Source of the DNA: a virus
Length of the DNA stretch: 64,000 nucleotides
Reading direction: 5' to 3' (one strand)
IMG/VR virus record: IMGVR_UViG_3300029915_000016
Location: 1-64,000 of that record
The translations under genes and the position numbers were made by a program. Each line of letters begins with the position of its first letter. The first letter of the stretch is position 1. Below the pieces are notes generated by a model. The model worked only from the letters and a program-made list of their open reading frames with translations, did no database searches and was not told where the DNA came from. Below, one piece after another: positions 1-9,285 of this stretch.

Positions 1-80
1 TATGTGTTTAATTCCTGAGTGGGTGCCACGCGGCAAGCCTACGCTACCTGAGAGGTTTTAACGAATCATAACCGATCACC

Positions 81-386
81 ATGGATAGAAAAATGAATAA
101 TAAAAAAGCAACGAACTACCGAGTATTTTTCCCTGGTGGAGATAGTAAACGTGGAATATTCGCTATCGACACAGGAAAAGGAACCAAGCGTATCTACTAC
201 GACCATGTTCACATCGTTGGACCATGTTGTGAACTTAGTGCATTCAGAGAACAAAATGGTTCCACGGAGAGAGTGTGCTGCCTAAAGGTAAAAGGAGTAT
301 TAAAACACGCCTATTATAAAGACGGAGAGGAGTTGAAGGTAAGTCGTTCAAATATTGTTATCGAAAACGCTATGAAGAGCAAGTAG
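81..386 (+). CDS. hypothetical protein
   Basis: 101-aa ORF in an AT-rich segment; no recognisable motif. Confidence 0.55.
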   Translation: MDRKMNNKKATNYRVFFPGGDSKRGIFAIDTGKGTKRIYYDHVHIVGPCCELSAFREQNGSTERVCCLKVKGVLKHAYYKDGEELKVSRSNIVIENAMKSK

Positions 387-449
387 ATAACATAGTAAGC
401 GGATTGAGATGTATTGAGATGTTGACAGCAAAAACAGAAAAGGAGAAAA

Positions 450-635
450 ATGAAAACATTGAACGCAAAATCGAAGTATCTAGTATTGGTTAACGTTGAC
501 GAAGTTTCTATAACTGAAGTCGAGGAAAAACTTAAACAGGCAGGGATTAACGCAACTGTAGTTAGCGTCCCAAGCAATAGAGAGATGGTTGATTTTTATG
601 AAATCAAGACCCCATTTTGGAAAAGATTATTCTAA
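450..635 (+). CDS. small hypothetical protein
   Basis: AAGGAG RBS before ATG; 61 aa ending PFWKRLF. Confidence 0.7.
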   Translation: MKTLNAKSKYLVLVNVDEVSITEVEEKLKQAGINATVVSVPSNREMVDFYEIKTPFWKRLF

Positions 636-667
636 CCTAACAGCGAAGCAATCGGTGGGGGTTTAGT

Positions 668-2833
668 ATCTATTCGCAAAAGATAATCCAACGCAACCTA
701 GAGCAGTTCGCCGCGCTTGAAGGTTGGCTTCCTCAATATCATACACTTGATGAAGTTAACGATTTCAAAGAGCGTGTAGATTCGCTAGTTAAAATTGAGA
801 GCAATAGCAGATCGTCATACATTAAAACACTCAGGCCCATGACAGAACGTCTCCGGTTGGAGATTCGTCGTTGGATCGAAAATGAACAAGTTCTATGTGG
901 ATTCGACAGCGGATATTGGGAGACTAGATATGCTTACGTGTGCAACGAGGAAGGCCAAATATATAAATATCAACCTAGAATGTCGCAGCGCATTCTTGAC
1001 TCAGTTATATCTGAATTTGATGAGAAGCAAGTATCAATCGAGTTGCTCATCCTTAAAGGTCGCCAATTAGGGGTCACGTCTTGGACGGCTACGAAGTTCA
1101 TCCGACGTATGCTTTTTCTTCCTCATACTCAAGCTATTATGGCCTCTGTTAAAGCCTCATCATCTCAATTGATTGGAAGAATACTTGACACTGAATACAA
1201 CAAATGTCCCTTCTGGCTTGTGCCATTAAAAACCCCAAGAAACTCGTTTGCCAACGGTTCAATCCTCTCAATTCAGTCTGGTATGCAAGCTACAGGACTT
1301 GCACAAGGTTGGACGCCAACCTGTGTGCATGTGTCTGAAATTGCTGATCTTAGCGATGCAAAGAAGACTATTGAGGAGGGCTTGTTTCGTGCAACCCACT
1401 CATCTAAGAACTTGTTTATGGTGTTAGAGGGAACTGGTGGGGGTAGCACGGGTTGGCTTGCTGACACATGGAGATCGGCAAAGGAGGATTGGCCGAAAGG
1501 ATTATCTAGATTATGTCCTGTCTTTGTTCCATGGCCAATGTGCCCTGAAATTTACCCTGAGAGGGATTGGTTAAGGAAGTTCCCTGTAGAGAATAGCTGG
1601 AGACCGCACGAGACAACACGTAAGCACGTAGCGCGATGTGAGTCTTATATCCGCAATACTCCATATCTTGCCAAGATCGCTGGAGCCAACTGGCGTATGC
1701 CAATTGAGCAACAGTGGTTCTGGCAGTTCAACTACGACACAGCTTGCAAGAATCACACACAGAAAACGTGGGCGGCTCAAATGCCTGCCGACGATTTTGA
1801 GTCTCTCACGGGTGTACATGACTCTGTGTTTGATCCTGAAGTGATGCAGGAGGTTGAGGAGTACGTCTACGAGATAAAGACGGAACCAGAAACAGGACTA
1901 GATGTTAAGACGAGACGTGTTCCGATTCAAGCGTACATCATTCAGGGTGAGTCGATTGATGAGGACTTTATCATTGATGATAGTGATCCACGCATTGACT
2001 GGTCCAAGCCGGTTATCCAAGTGTCATGGAAGAATCACCGTGGAACGGTATACGAGTGGGAGATGATTCCCGCTCTTCCGTTTGACGAGGAAAAGGAAAT
2101 CAACACGTTTGGATTGTTGTTGGTCTATGAAGAGCCTAAAGCTGGTTACGATTACAGTTGCGGGGTGGATACGGCGTCAGGACTTGGAGACGAGGATGAG
2201 GACCGAACTGTTATATCGATGGAGAGAAACAGGTTTGGGTCCGACTTCGATTATCAGGTGGCAGAATTTACATCGAATGCGGTGAACAGTGCGCAAGCCG
2301 TAGGATTTGCGGCGTGTACGGCGGCTTATTACGGCGAGAGGACCAAAGATCACCGGGGAGTAAAATTTGCTATTGAGCAGATCACAAGACCGGGAGATAC
2401 GTGCCAGAACCAGTTGAAGATGATGGGTTTCAACCATCACCATAAACCTCGTAGGTACGACTCAAAGAAGGTCAAGGACGACACCAGCAAGAAAGAGGGC
2501 TGGTATTCGTCTGGGTGGTCTGTTCCTATCCTGATGACCCGCTTTATTCAGGCGGTGAATGACGGGTGGTATAGGCCAGCGTCGAAGTGGTTGATTGAGG
2601 AGCTAAGGACTCTAGAAAGGCACGTAGCGAGTGGTGGCAAGGAAAAGATGGAGCACAGGGAAGGACAGCACGATGACCGGGTGAGAGCGGCAGCACAAGG
2701 ATACTTTACCGTCCATGACCTTGACAACCTTGCGGAACGTGCTCAGAAAAGATACGCTTTACCTGCAAGGAAGAAAGCAGTAAAATCAGGCAGATGTACC
2801 ACGAATGAAATTTCAATTGGTGGAGACGAATAA
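668..2833 (+). CDS. terL: terminase large subunit (probable ATC start at 668; first ATG at 839)
   Basis: Walker A LKGRQLGVT, Walker B HVSE, coupling motif LEGT, RNase H-like nuclease motifs GVDTASG and HDDRV; frame open back to stop at 638-640. Confidence 0.9.
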   Translation: MYSQKIIQRNLEQFAALEGWLPQYHTLDEVNDFKERVDSLVKIESNSRSSYIKTLRPMTERLRLEIRRWIENEQVLCGFDSGYWETRYAYVCNEEGQIYKYQPRMSQRILDSVISEFDEKQVSIELLILKGRQLGVTSWTATKFIRRMLFLPHTQAIMASVKASSSQLIGRILDTEYNKCPFWLVPLKTPRNSFANGSILSIQSGMQATGLAQGWTPTCVHVSEIADLSDAKKTIEEGLFRATHSSKNLFMVLEGTGGGSTGWLADTWRSAKEDWPKGLSRLCPVFVPWPMCPEIYPERDWLRKFPVENSWRPHETTRKHVARCESYIRNTPYLAKIAGANWRMPIEQQWFWQFNYDTACKNHTQKTWAAQMPADDFESLTGVHDSVFDPEVMQEVEEYVYEIKTEPETGLDVKTRRVPIQAYIIQGESIDEDFIIDDSDPRIDWSKPVIQVSWKNHRGTVYEWEMIPALPFDEEKEINTFGLLLVYEEPKAGYDYSCGVDTASGLGDEDEDRTVISMERNRFGSDFDYQVAEFTSNAVNSAQAVGFAACTAAYYGERTKDHRGVKFAIEQITRPGDTCQNQLKMMGFNHHHKPRRYDSKKVKDDTSKKEGWYSSGWSVPILMTRFIQAVNDGWYRPASKWLIEELRTLERHVASGGKEKMEHREGQHDDRVRAAAQGYFTVHDLDNLAERAQKRYALPARKKAVKSGRCTTNEISIGGDE

Positions 2834-2845
2834 CCGGGAGGGGAA

Positions 2846-3595
2846 ATGGATAGACGATCATTCTTTAAGTTTTTAGGTATAGGAGCGGTAGCGGCTGCGG
2901 TTGCTCCGAAGATTTTGGCAGAACAAACTCCAGAAGTTTATCCAGAAGCAAGCGCACCAATAACTTTTGAAATGCTACAGAGAGCCTATGGGGAAACTCT
3001 TAGGTTTCCACGAGGAAATCACGGACTAACAGTTTACGAAGAACCGCTCGCTGGATATGATTACAGTATAGGAGTGGACGTTGGGAGCGGATTCGGATAT
3101 TCTCCAACATGTGTCTCGGTTATGCGCAAAGGAAACGAGTCAGAACCGGATATACAAGTAGCGGAACTCGTTTCTAACCGTCTAAATCCATCTCAGATAG
3201 CCCCAATAGTTGCGTCTATCGCTTGGAGATACGGAGAGAAATGTAAAGACCATAGAGGTCCAATGTTGGTTATCGAACAGATCAGTTCTCCGGGAGATTT
3301 ATGCCAAAATCAATTAAAGATCATGGGATTCACTAGGTTTTATTCAATGAAAAAATATACTCCGATGAAAACGAAAACGGTTAAGGATGGCTGGTACTCG
3401 ACTACGTGGAGTCTTCCTGTTCTTATGAGTAGATTCGAGGGCGCTGTCAAGGATGGCTGGTACAAGCCTAAGTCTGATCGGCTTAAATTTGGAATTGGAA
3501 ATCCAGAAACAACCATAAGGAACGATTCTATTGTGCGATCAGCAGCGCAATCGTATATCGGTTTGAACGGTACAAACGAGGTAAAAAATGGCTAA
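2846..3595 (+). CDS. paralogue of the terminase nuclease domain with an N-terminal twin-arginine-like peptide
   Basis: MDRRSFFKFLG plus hydrophobic stretch; the remainder aligns by eye with the TerL C-terminus (VYEEP.AGYDYS.GVD, KDHRG, IEQI..PGD.CQNQLK.MGF, GWYS..WS.P.LM.RF). Confidence 0.85.
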   Translation: MDRRSFFKFLGIGAVAAAVAPKILAEQTPEVYPEASAPITFEMLQRAYGETLRFPRGNHGLTVYEEPLAGYDYSIGVDVGSGFGYSPTCVSVMRKGNESEPDIQVAELVSNRLNPSQIAPIVASIAWRYGEKCKDHRGPMLVIEQISSPGDLCQNQLKIMGFTRFYSMKKYTPMKTKTVKDGWYSTTWSLPVLMSRFEGAVKDGWYKPKSDRLKFGIGNPETTIRNDSIVRSAAQSYIGLNGTNEVKNG

Positions 3596-3983
3596 CGCAC
3601 AAATGAGAACGAAGATCGTCTACTACTGTGAACGTAAGACGGGAGAGATCCTCATGGGACTCCCTGAGTGTTTTGCAGCCCCACCGGGATACGAGAAGAT
3701 TGTATGCAACACAGCGCACGAGGCAGAGCGGTGGTCTGCGTTGATGCGGAAGTGGGATGAAGTAAAGCATCAGGTGATTCAAGAGAAGCGTGAGCAGATC
3801 GAGGGTCCAATGCGTAAGCATCTACGCGAAGAGATGCTTCACGGAATGGCAAATGCTAGGAATACCATTAACCGTGAGTTCCTACGGCGTCACATGGAAA
3901 ATCAGGAAAAGAAACAGAAGCCATGGGAATACAAGAGAAAGAGTTTCCTTGGCGCGGAAGGATTCGAGAATGTCGCAAAGTAG
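3588..3983 (+). CDS. hypothetical protein
   Basis: GAGG RBS; overlaps previous stop; 131 aa. Confidence 0.75.
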   Translation: MANAQMRTKIVYYCERKTGEILMGLPECFAAPPGYEKIVCNTAHEAERWSALMRKWDEVKHQVIQEKREQIEGPMRKHLREEMLHGMANARNTINREFLRRHMENQEKKQKPWEYKRKSFLGAEGFENVAK

Positions 3984-4218
3984 GATTACCCCAGTGAAGT
4001 TCATCGGCAGGGCTTATGTGTCAGCGTCAACTCTAGATAGCAACCCAGACGTTTGGGTGTGCATCGACTCTGAGGATATTAAAGGAATTGTATTGATGTT
4101 TTTTTCCAAGGATACTATTGAAAACGCTCAAGCTGCGGCAGACGCTTTGAATATTTGGGCTGGCAAGGATGCAGCAGAGTTAGACCCGAATGGACCATGT
4201 GGAGCGTTGGTGAATTAA
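3970..4218 (+). CDS. hypothetical protein
   Basis: Internal ATG of ORF 3790..4218, coupled to the upstream gene. Confidence 0.55.
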   Translation: MSQSRITPVKFIGRAYVSASTLDSNPDVWVCIDSEDIKGIVLMFFSKDTIENAQAAADALNIWAGKDAAELDPNGPCGALVN

Positions 4219-4320
4219 AGCGTAGACATGTAAGCATTTTGCGTTATAATGCGCTAGGACTATTTTTACACAAGATCGACAGGGAATCGATCTTGTACCG
4301 GGAGGGAATGGAAATGATCT

Positions 4321-6441
4321 GTGCCTATCGTAACGGATGGTTCGTCTTCGCGTAATGCATTATTAGAGAACGTGTCGTGGCAATCTCCGCCTTTTTCCGC
4401 TCCTCCTGATCGTATTGTCAGTTGGGTTGAGGATCAAGTCTCGGAGGGTGAAGGTTTTCTCCAAAACCAAACATGCTACCAGAATCTCGGTAGCAATATG
4501 CGTATATTTGACGGCATATTTAAGGATAAATCTAAATCAACGCTTGTCACAAATCGCTTAAAATACAACATTAGAAAATTCTGTGAAACGCTGGCTGAGG
4601 TTAGAGAGATTGCCGGTTTCGGATCGGACATACCTGCCTACAAACAGTTTGCAGAGATGCTTACAAAGGTTTCAAAGTGTGTCTATCTAGAGTCCGATTT
4701 TCCATTCCAAATGCTGAAAGTTTTGCAGTATGCCTCCGTCATGGGGATAGGATACTTGTGGCCTAAAGTTCGGGCTACAGAGTACGGATATGGCGAGAGA
4801 AAGCTAATGTTCGATGCGCTAGGACTCTTGGATGTGGTTCCTGTCCAGATGTCAAATAGCCACGACATTCAAGACTGCTACGCGGTGACGGTGTACAACT
4901 ATATGCCTATCGCAGAGGCGCATGGTAGGTTTCCTTTATTCCAACACCTATTGCAGACGGTTGGGCCTCGTAACTATAAAACTCAGTTGCAGGCAAAGAG
5001 GATTGATTGGGCTGAGAAGTATAGATATGGAGATCAAGGACGCAGTTTTGGAAACCTATATACCGAGATTCGTTATACGTTTGTTAGGGATTTGAGAATC
5101 AACAACACAGGTTTTGAGTTGCCAATGGGAGACTTGGGAACGACGTGGTTTTACAAAGTTCCCTATGTCGGACAGGATATATTTGGAGGAATCAGGAATG
5201 GTCAGCCTTTCATGCGTCCTGCTCAAGTGGAGGATTGCCGGGTGTACCCTAACCTGCGGCTCATCATTACATCTTCAGGACTCAACCGCCCGATGTATGA
5301 CGGTCCTGCCTTCGATTGGGATAGTAATATACCGATTATCCAGTACACGGTAGATGATTGGGCATGGGAGCCTCTAGGACGGTCCTTGGTTGGCGATGTG
5401 GCCTCAATAGAAATGACTAAGAGAAAGCTGGAACGTCAACTAGATCAGGTAGTTACAGCAAGTTTGAATCCTCCGATGGGATACAATATTGACGAGAATT
5501 CAGGGGCAAAGGTGGAGCATTTCGACATCTTTGAACCTGATGTTCGCATGGGACTGGCAGGTGGTGAACCACAGAAGATGCTTCAGTCTCTACTCCCTGA
5601 CTCGGTAAGGGCAGATACGGTTCACTTCACGATGCTGAAGTATCTGGACGAGTGTGAACAGATGCAGCTTGGACTCACGGATCTAGGCAACCTTCAGAAT
5701 ATGAAGATGAACATTGCCAACGAGACGGCAGACAAGATGCTGGAGGGTATTGGTCCTATCGGAAAGGGTATCGCGGCTAGGATTGAAAAGGGAAACAAGA
5801 GGGTAGGAGAACGCATGAAGTTCTTAATCCCTCAGTGGTTCAACGTAAAACGGATTATGGAGTATGTAGGACCGGATGGGATGGCACGGGAGACATTCGA
5901 CTACGATCCTGACTCTCTAGTTCCCAGTCACATGCCCGATGAGATGATAAAAGGGAATTTCCCGGATACGGAATCTAAGTACGATCAGTTGACACGCGCA
6001 CGCTGGTTTGCGCGGCAGATCAGGCTCACATCTGTTCCTAGCACATTGTTGAAGATCACTCAGATGCAACAACAGATGCAAGCGTTGCAACTGAAGCGAT
6101 CCGGGGCTCCAATCTCATGGCAAACGTGCTTTGAACGTATGGATTTTCCTGACCCTAAGGGAGAGATTCAAAAGAGTTTCAAGGAAGAAGTTGAACTCCA
6201 AAAAATGAAGATTTTGGCTCAAATCGAAGTAATGAAGATCATGAAAGAGCTAGGAATTGATCCGTCTCAATTGCCGGGTGGAGAGGATCAAGGTAAGGGT
6301 GGTAAAGGTGGTGGAGGCGGAGGTAAAGGGGCGGGTGGACAACATGCAGGTGGGCGTCCCCCGAGCGGACAAAAACCACCACGATTGGCTTCTAAGGGTT
6401 CCCAAGGTGGTGATCCAAGAACGGTAGTCAAGGAGAGTTGA
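4321..6441 (+). CDS. portal protein
   Basis: 706 aa between terminase and scaffold/capsid; helical Gln/Met-rich then Gly-rich C-terminus as in P22-like portals; assignment mainly positional. Confidence 0.75.
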   Translation: MPIVTDGSSSRNALLENVSWQSPPFSAPPDRIVSWVEDQVSEGEGFLQNQTCYQNLGSNMRIFDGIFKDKSKSTLVTNRLKYNIRKFCETLAEVREIAGFGSDIPAYKQFAEMLTKVSKCVYLESDFPFQMLKVLQYASVMGIGYLWPKVRATEYGYGERKLMFDALGLLDVVPVQMSNSHDIQDCYAVTVYNYMPIAEAHGRFPLFQHLLQTVGPRNYKTQLQAKRIDWAEKYRYGDQGRSFGNLYTEIRYTFVRDLRINNTGFELPMGDLGTTWFYKVPYVGQDIFGGIRNGQPFMRPAQVEDCRVYPNLRLIITSSGLNRPMYDGPAFDWDSNIPIIQYTVDDWAWEPLGRSLVGDVASIEMTKRKLERQLDQVVTASLNPPMGYNIDENSGAKVEHFDIFEPDVRMGLAGGEPQKMLQSLLPDSVRADTVHFTMLKYLDECEQMQLGLTDLGNLQNMKMNIANETADKMLEGIGPIGKGIAARIEKGNKRVGERMKFLIPQWFNVKRIMEYVGPDGMARETFDYDPDSLVPSHMPDEMIKGNFPDTESKYDQLTRARWFARQIRLTSVPSTLLKITQMQQQMQALQLKRSGAPISWQTCFERMDFPDPKGEIQKSFKEEVELQKMKILAQIEVMKIMKELGIDPSQLPGGEDQGKGGKGGGGGGKGAGGQHAGGRPPSGQKPPRLASKGSQGGDPRTVVKES

Positions 6442-7241
6442 TGAAGGTTTACATATACGTTCTGAAGCACCCGGAGACGCTTGAGATTCGCTATGTCGGA
6501 TTGACTCGGTTTCCTGTGAAGCGACTTAATAATGAGATCAACTATCCGCATACTAAATATCTGAAAAACTGGGTAAACAGTCTAAAATCGGCAGGATTAA
6601 AGCCTTTGATGGAGGTTATCGAAGAGTCAGAGGAAGGTAAACTTTGTGATACTGCTGAACGTAAATGGATCTCCGAAATGAAATCTCGTGGGTGCAGACT
6701 TATTAACTACACGAATGGCGGTGAGCGTGGATATAAATGCTCTGATGAGTACCGTATAGCTGTTAGCGAAGGGCAAAAAGGTAAAGTTTTAGGACCAATG
6801 TCAAAAGAACACAAAGCTAAAATCTCGAAAGCGAATAAAGGAAAGAAGAAGCCGGGAAACGCTGCGAGGATTATAGCTCTTAACAAATCTAGGGAAGGGA
6901 TACCTCTAAAAGATGAAACTAAAGCTAAATTGCGAGAAATAGGGAAGAGAAATATGGTTGGGGAAAGACTGGAAAAGTTGATGGATGGTGGAAGGCGTAG
7001 AGTACATGCTTCAAAATTTACAGATCAACAAAAAGGAGAGATAAAATATCTTCTTACCGATGGGTACTCACATAAGGTAATCTCTGACCGATATGGACTG
7101 ACAATAGGCACGCTATCCTGCATAAAAAGAGGAGAAATATGGATAAACGTCACCCCAACCACTACCGCTTTTCCTTTGCCTGAATATAAGAAAATCCAAC
7201 TATTCAGGAACGAAAAAGGCCAATACAAACGGGCAGCATAA
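6438..7241 (+). CDS. GIY-YIG homing endonuclease with NUMOD3-like repeats and C-terminal HTH
   Basis: YIYVL...IRYVGLT, ERKWI, LINYTNGGE and MSKEHKAKISKANKG motifs. Confidence 0.85.
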   Translation: MMKVYIYVLKHPETLEIRYVGLTRFPVKRLNNEINYPHTKYLKNWVNSLKSAGLKPLMEVIEESEEGKLCDTAERKWISEMKSRGCRLINYTNGGERGYKCSDEYRIAVSEGQKGKVLGPMSKEHKAKISKANKGKKKPGNAARIIALNKSREGIPLKDETKAKLREIGKRNMVGERLEKLMDGGRRRVHASKFTDQQKGEIKYLLTDGYSHKVISDRYGLTIGTLSCIKRGEIWINVTPTTTAFPLPEYKKIQLFRNEKGQYKRAA

Positions 7242-7282
7242 CATTGTTAGTTTCAACAAAACAAATAAGTTAAGGAGAGCAA

Positions 7283-7522
7283 ATGGTTGTTAGAAGCAAA
7301 GCACAACGGGACTACCTTTTAACAGAATCTAGTATCGATTTACCTGCCAGCGTTAGTGAGGTGGACGATTTATTGAGAGCGACCAAGACGAGTGGAAAAA
7401 TGGTGGTTTTATACAATGGAGGATGTGTCCAAGGTATAAACATCGAGCAAAAGACGAAAATGAAAGAGTCTGATTCTGTGAAAATCAGGCCAATGCTGGA
7501 TATTGATGATAAAGTTATCTGA
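7283..7522 (+). CDS. hypothetical protein
   Basis: TAAGGAG RBS; 79 aa. Confidence 0.7.
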   Translation: MVVRSKAQRDYLLTESSIDLPASVSEVDDLLRATKTSGKMVVLYNGGCVQGINIEQKTKMKESDSVKIRPMLDIDDKVI

Positions 7523-7546
7523 TTTTTTATATCATCAATTTTCCAC

Positions 7547-7576
7547 TTGACAAGATGGAAGTGTTTGCTGTAAATT
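7547..7576 (+). promoter_or_regulatory. sigma70-like promoter for the head operon
   Basis: TTGACA-18 nt-TAAATT in an intergenic gap. Confidence 0.5.
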
Positions 7577-7715
7577 CAGAAGAACGTAAAGATTTAGCGC
7601 GTGCCCTCCTAATTGAGTTTGTTTTCAACGGGAATAAGCGGCGGCTAGAGCGAAACCGGCTCTAGTCGCCGATTTTGTTTGTGGTCAACCCAAACAACCC
7701 GAAAAGGAGAACACC

Positions 7716-7838
7716 ATGAAGCGTCATTCCACCAAGATCAAGGTCGCCGCAGTTAAGGCAACTCACCTGAAGAAACGTGCAGCCAAGAAAGCTCGCGGTA
7801 AGGTAGCCAAGGCAAAGCGCACCGCTATCAAGGCGTAA
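7716..7838 (+). CDS. 40-aa Lys/Ala-rich histone-H1-like basic peptide (below ORF-track cutoff)
   Basis: AAGGAG RBS; MKRHSTKIKVAAVKATHLKKRAAKKARGKVAKAKRTAIKA. Confidence 0.8.
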   Translation: MKRHSTKIKVAAVKATHLKKRAAKKARGKVAKAKRTAIKA

Positions 7839-7874
7839 TAACTCGTAGCCAACCAATAAGGGGAGTATCTATAA

Positions 7875-8171
7875 ATGGCTACATCAGGTATGCCTACACC
7901 GGATCAGGGAGGATCGCCGCAAGCGGGTGGACCTCCCCCTCCCCCACCTCAAGGGGGAGATCAAGGACAGCAAGGACCACCATCTCAGGGTCCAGCGAAT
8001 CAACTCCAACAACTGTTAGGTAAATGGTCTGTTACCGCCAAGCAAATGGGGGCGTCCGATCCTCGTCTTGCTGAGGGTGCAGAACTAGTGAGTCAGGGAA
8101 TTCAGAAGATGCAGACGGCGTTAGTCACACCGCCTCAACCAACACCAGTCAGTCAACAACCAAGCTATTAA
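7875..8171 (+). CDS. Pro/Gln-rich head-region protein
   Basis: GGGGAG RBS; 98 aa. Confidence 0.75.
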   Translation: MATSGMPTPDQGGSPQAGGPPPPPPQGGDQGQQGPPSQGPANQLQQLLGKWSVTAKQMGASDPRLAEGAELVSQGIQKMQTALVTPPQPTPVSQQPSY

Positions 8172-8198
8172 CAACGACGTTCCGGGAGAATGTGAATT

Positions 8199-9227
8199 AT
8201 GCCAGCACCTAGTCTAGCAGAAGTATTGAAATCGTCTGGTTGGACACAGGAGCAGATTGATGCTCTTGACGCAAAGGCTCAGAGTGGCCTTACGAATTAC
8301 GTGTCGAATGTGTACCAAACCGCAGAGCAGAAGCAGCAGGAAGCAGCGACATTAGCAGCGAAAGCTGAAGCAGATCGAAAGATTGCTGTTGAGTCATCGG
8401 AAGCCGCAAGAGTCGCACAGGAAAAAGCGGAATTAGAATCTCGCAGCACAAAAGAGTTTTGGGACAACACTTATAGTCCCGGCGTTGCAGCATGGGAAAC
8501 AGAAAGACAAAAACTCCTACAAGACAAGATTAACGCCGATGCGCATTCAGCATTTTTGAAAGCGCAGAATGACGGCGCAAAGGCAGCAGGATTCATTCCA
8601 GCCGATGCACCAGCTTACACTCCTACCACAACAACTACCACGACAACTAATGGAACGCGGGATGGACAAGGACGCTTTGTGGCTGGTCAACAGGGTGGAA
8701 CACCGGGTAGCCCAACATTCACGGTGGATGATGTTAGGTCTGGTTTCGGAACGATGTTGGGAACGATTCCTGATATTCAGTGGCGTCATCAGGCTCTCTA
8801 TGGCAAGCCAATGCCTATAGCTCCTACCGAGCTTGTTAAGCAGGCTGAGGCGTTGAAGTTGAGTCCCGGCGAGTACGCGGCTAGGACATTCAAGTTTTCC
8901 GAGCGACAGCAGGAATTGGATAATCAGGCGAAGGAAGCCGAGAAGCAGAAGATTATTGAAGAGGCTCAGGCTCCCATGAAAGCGCAGATTGAAGCCGAGA
9001 AAGCTGCTGCTGCGAAGGCTGTTGCGGACAACGATAAGAAGTGGGCTGAGAAGATTGGCAACAATCCAGACGTTAGGATTGCACAGCCATCAAGGTTTGC
9101 AGATGTAACTCGTGCGGTGAAGGCGGGAGAACGGCCTGATCCGACCAAGATGAACGAAGCAGCACGTCGGAAGGCAACTCATCAGGCGATTATGTCTGAG
9201 ATTTCGGAAGCTCATCAGGTAGCGTAA
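8199..9227 (+). CDS. probable capsid scaffolding protein
   Basis: Ala/Glu/Lys coiled-coil protein immediately upstream of the capsid gene. Confidence 0.65.
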   Translation: MPAPSLAEVLKSSGWTQEQIDALDAKAQSGLTNYVSNVYQTAEQKQQEAATLAAKAEADRKIAVESSEAARVAQEKAELESRSTKEFWDNTYSPGVAAWETERQKLLQDKINADAHSAFLKAQNDGAKAAGFIPADAPAYTPTTTTTTTTNGTRDGQGRFVAGQQGGTPGSPTFTVDDVRSGFGTMLGTIPDIQWRHQALYGKPMPIAPTELVKQAEALKLSPGEYAARTFKFSERQQELDNQAKEAEKQKIIEEAQAPMKAQIEAEKAAAAKAVADNDKKWAEKIGNNPDVRIAQPSRFADVTRAVKAGERPDPTKMNEAARRKATHQAIMSEISEAHQVA

Positions 9228-9285
9228 CAAAGTTCGTGTTGTGAAAAATTGAAGTGCAGCTTAATAAGCTGAAAGGAAAATTACC

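Noticed and set aside
1-640. AT-richer first 640 bp as a prophage boundary or chimera
   Set aside because: No att site, integrase or host gene is visible, so it cannot be decided from this window.
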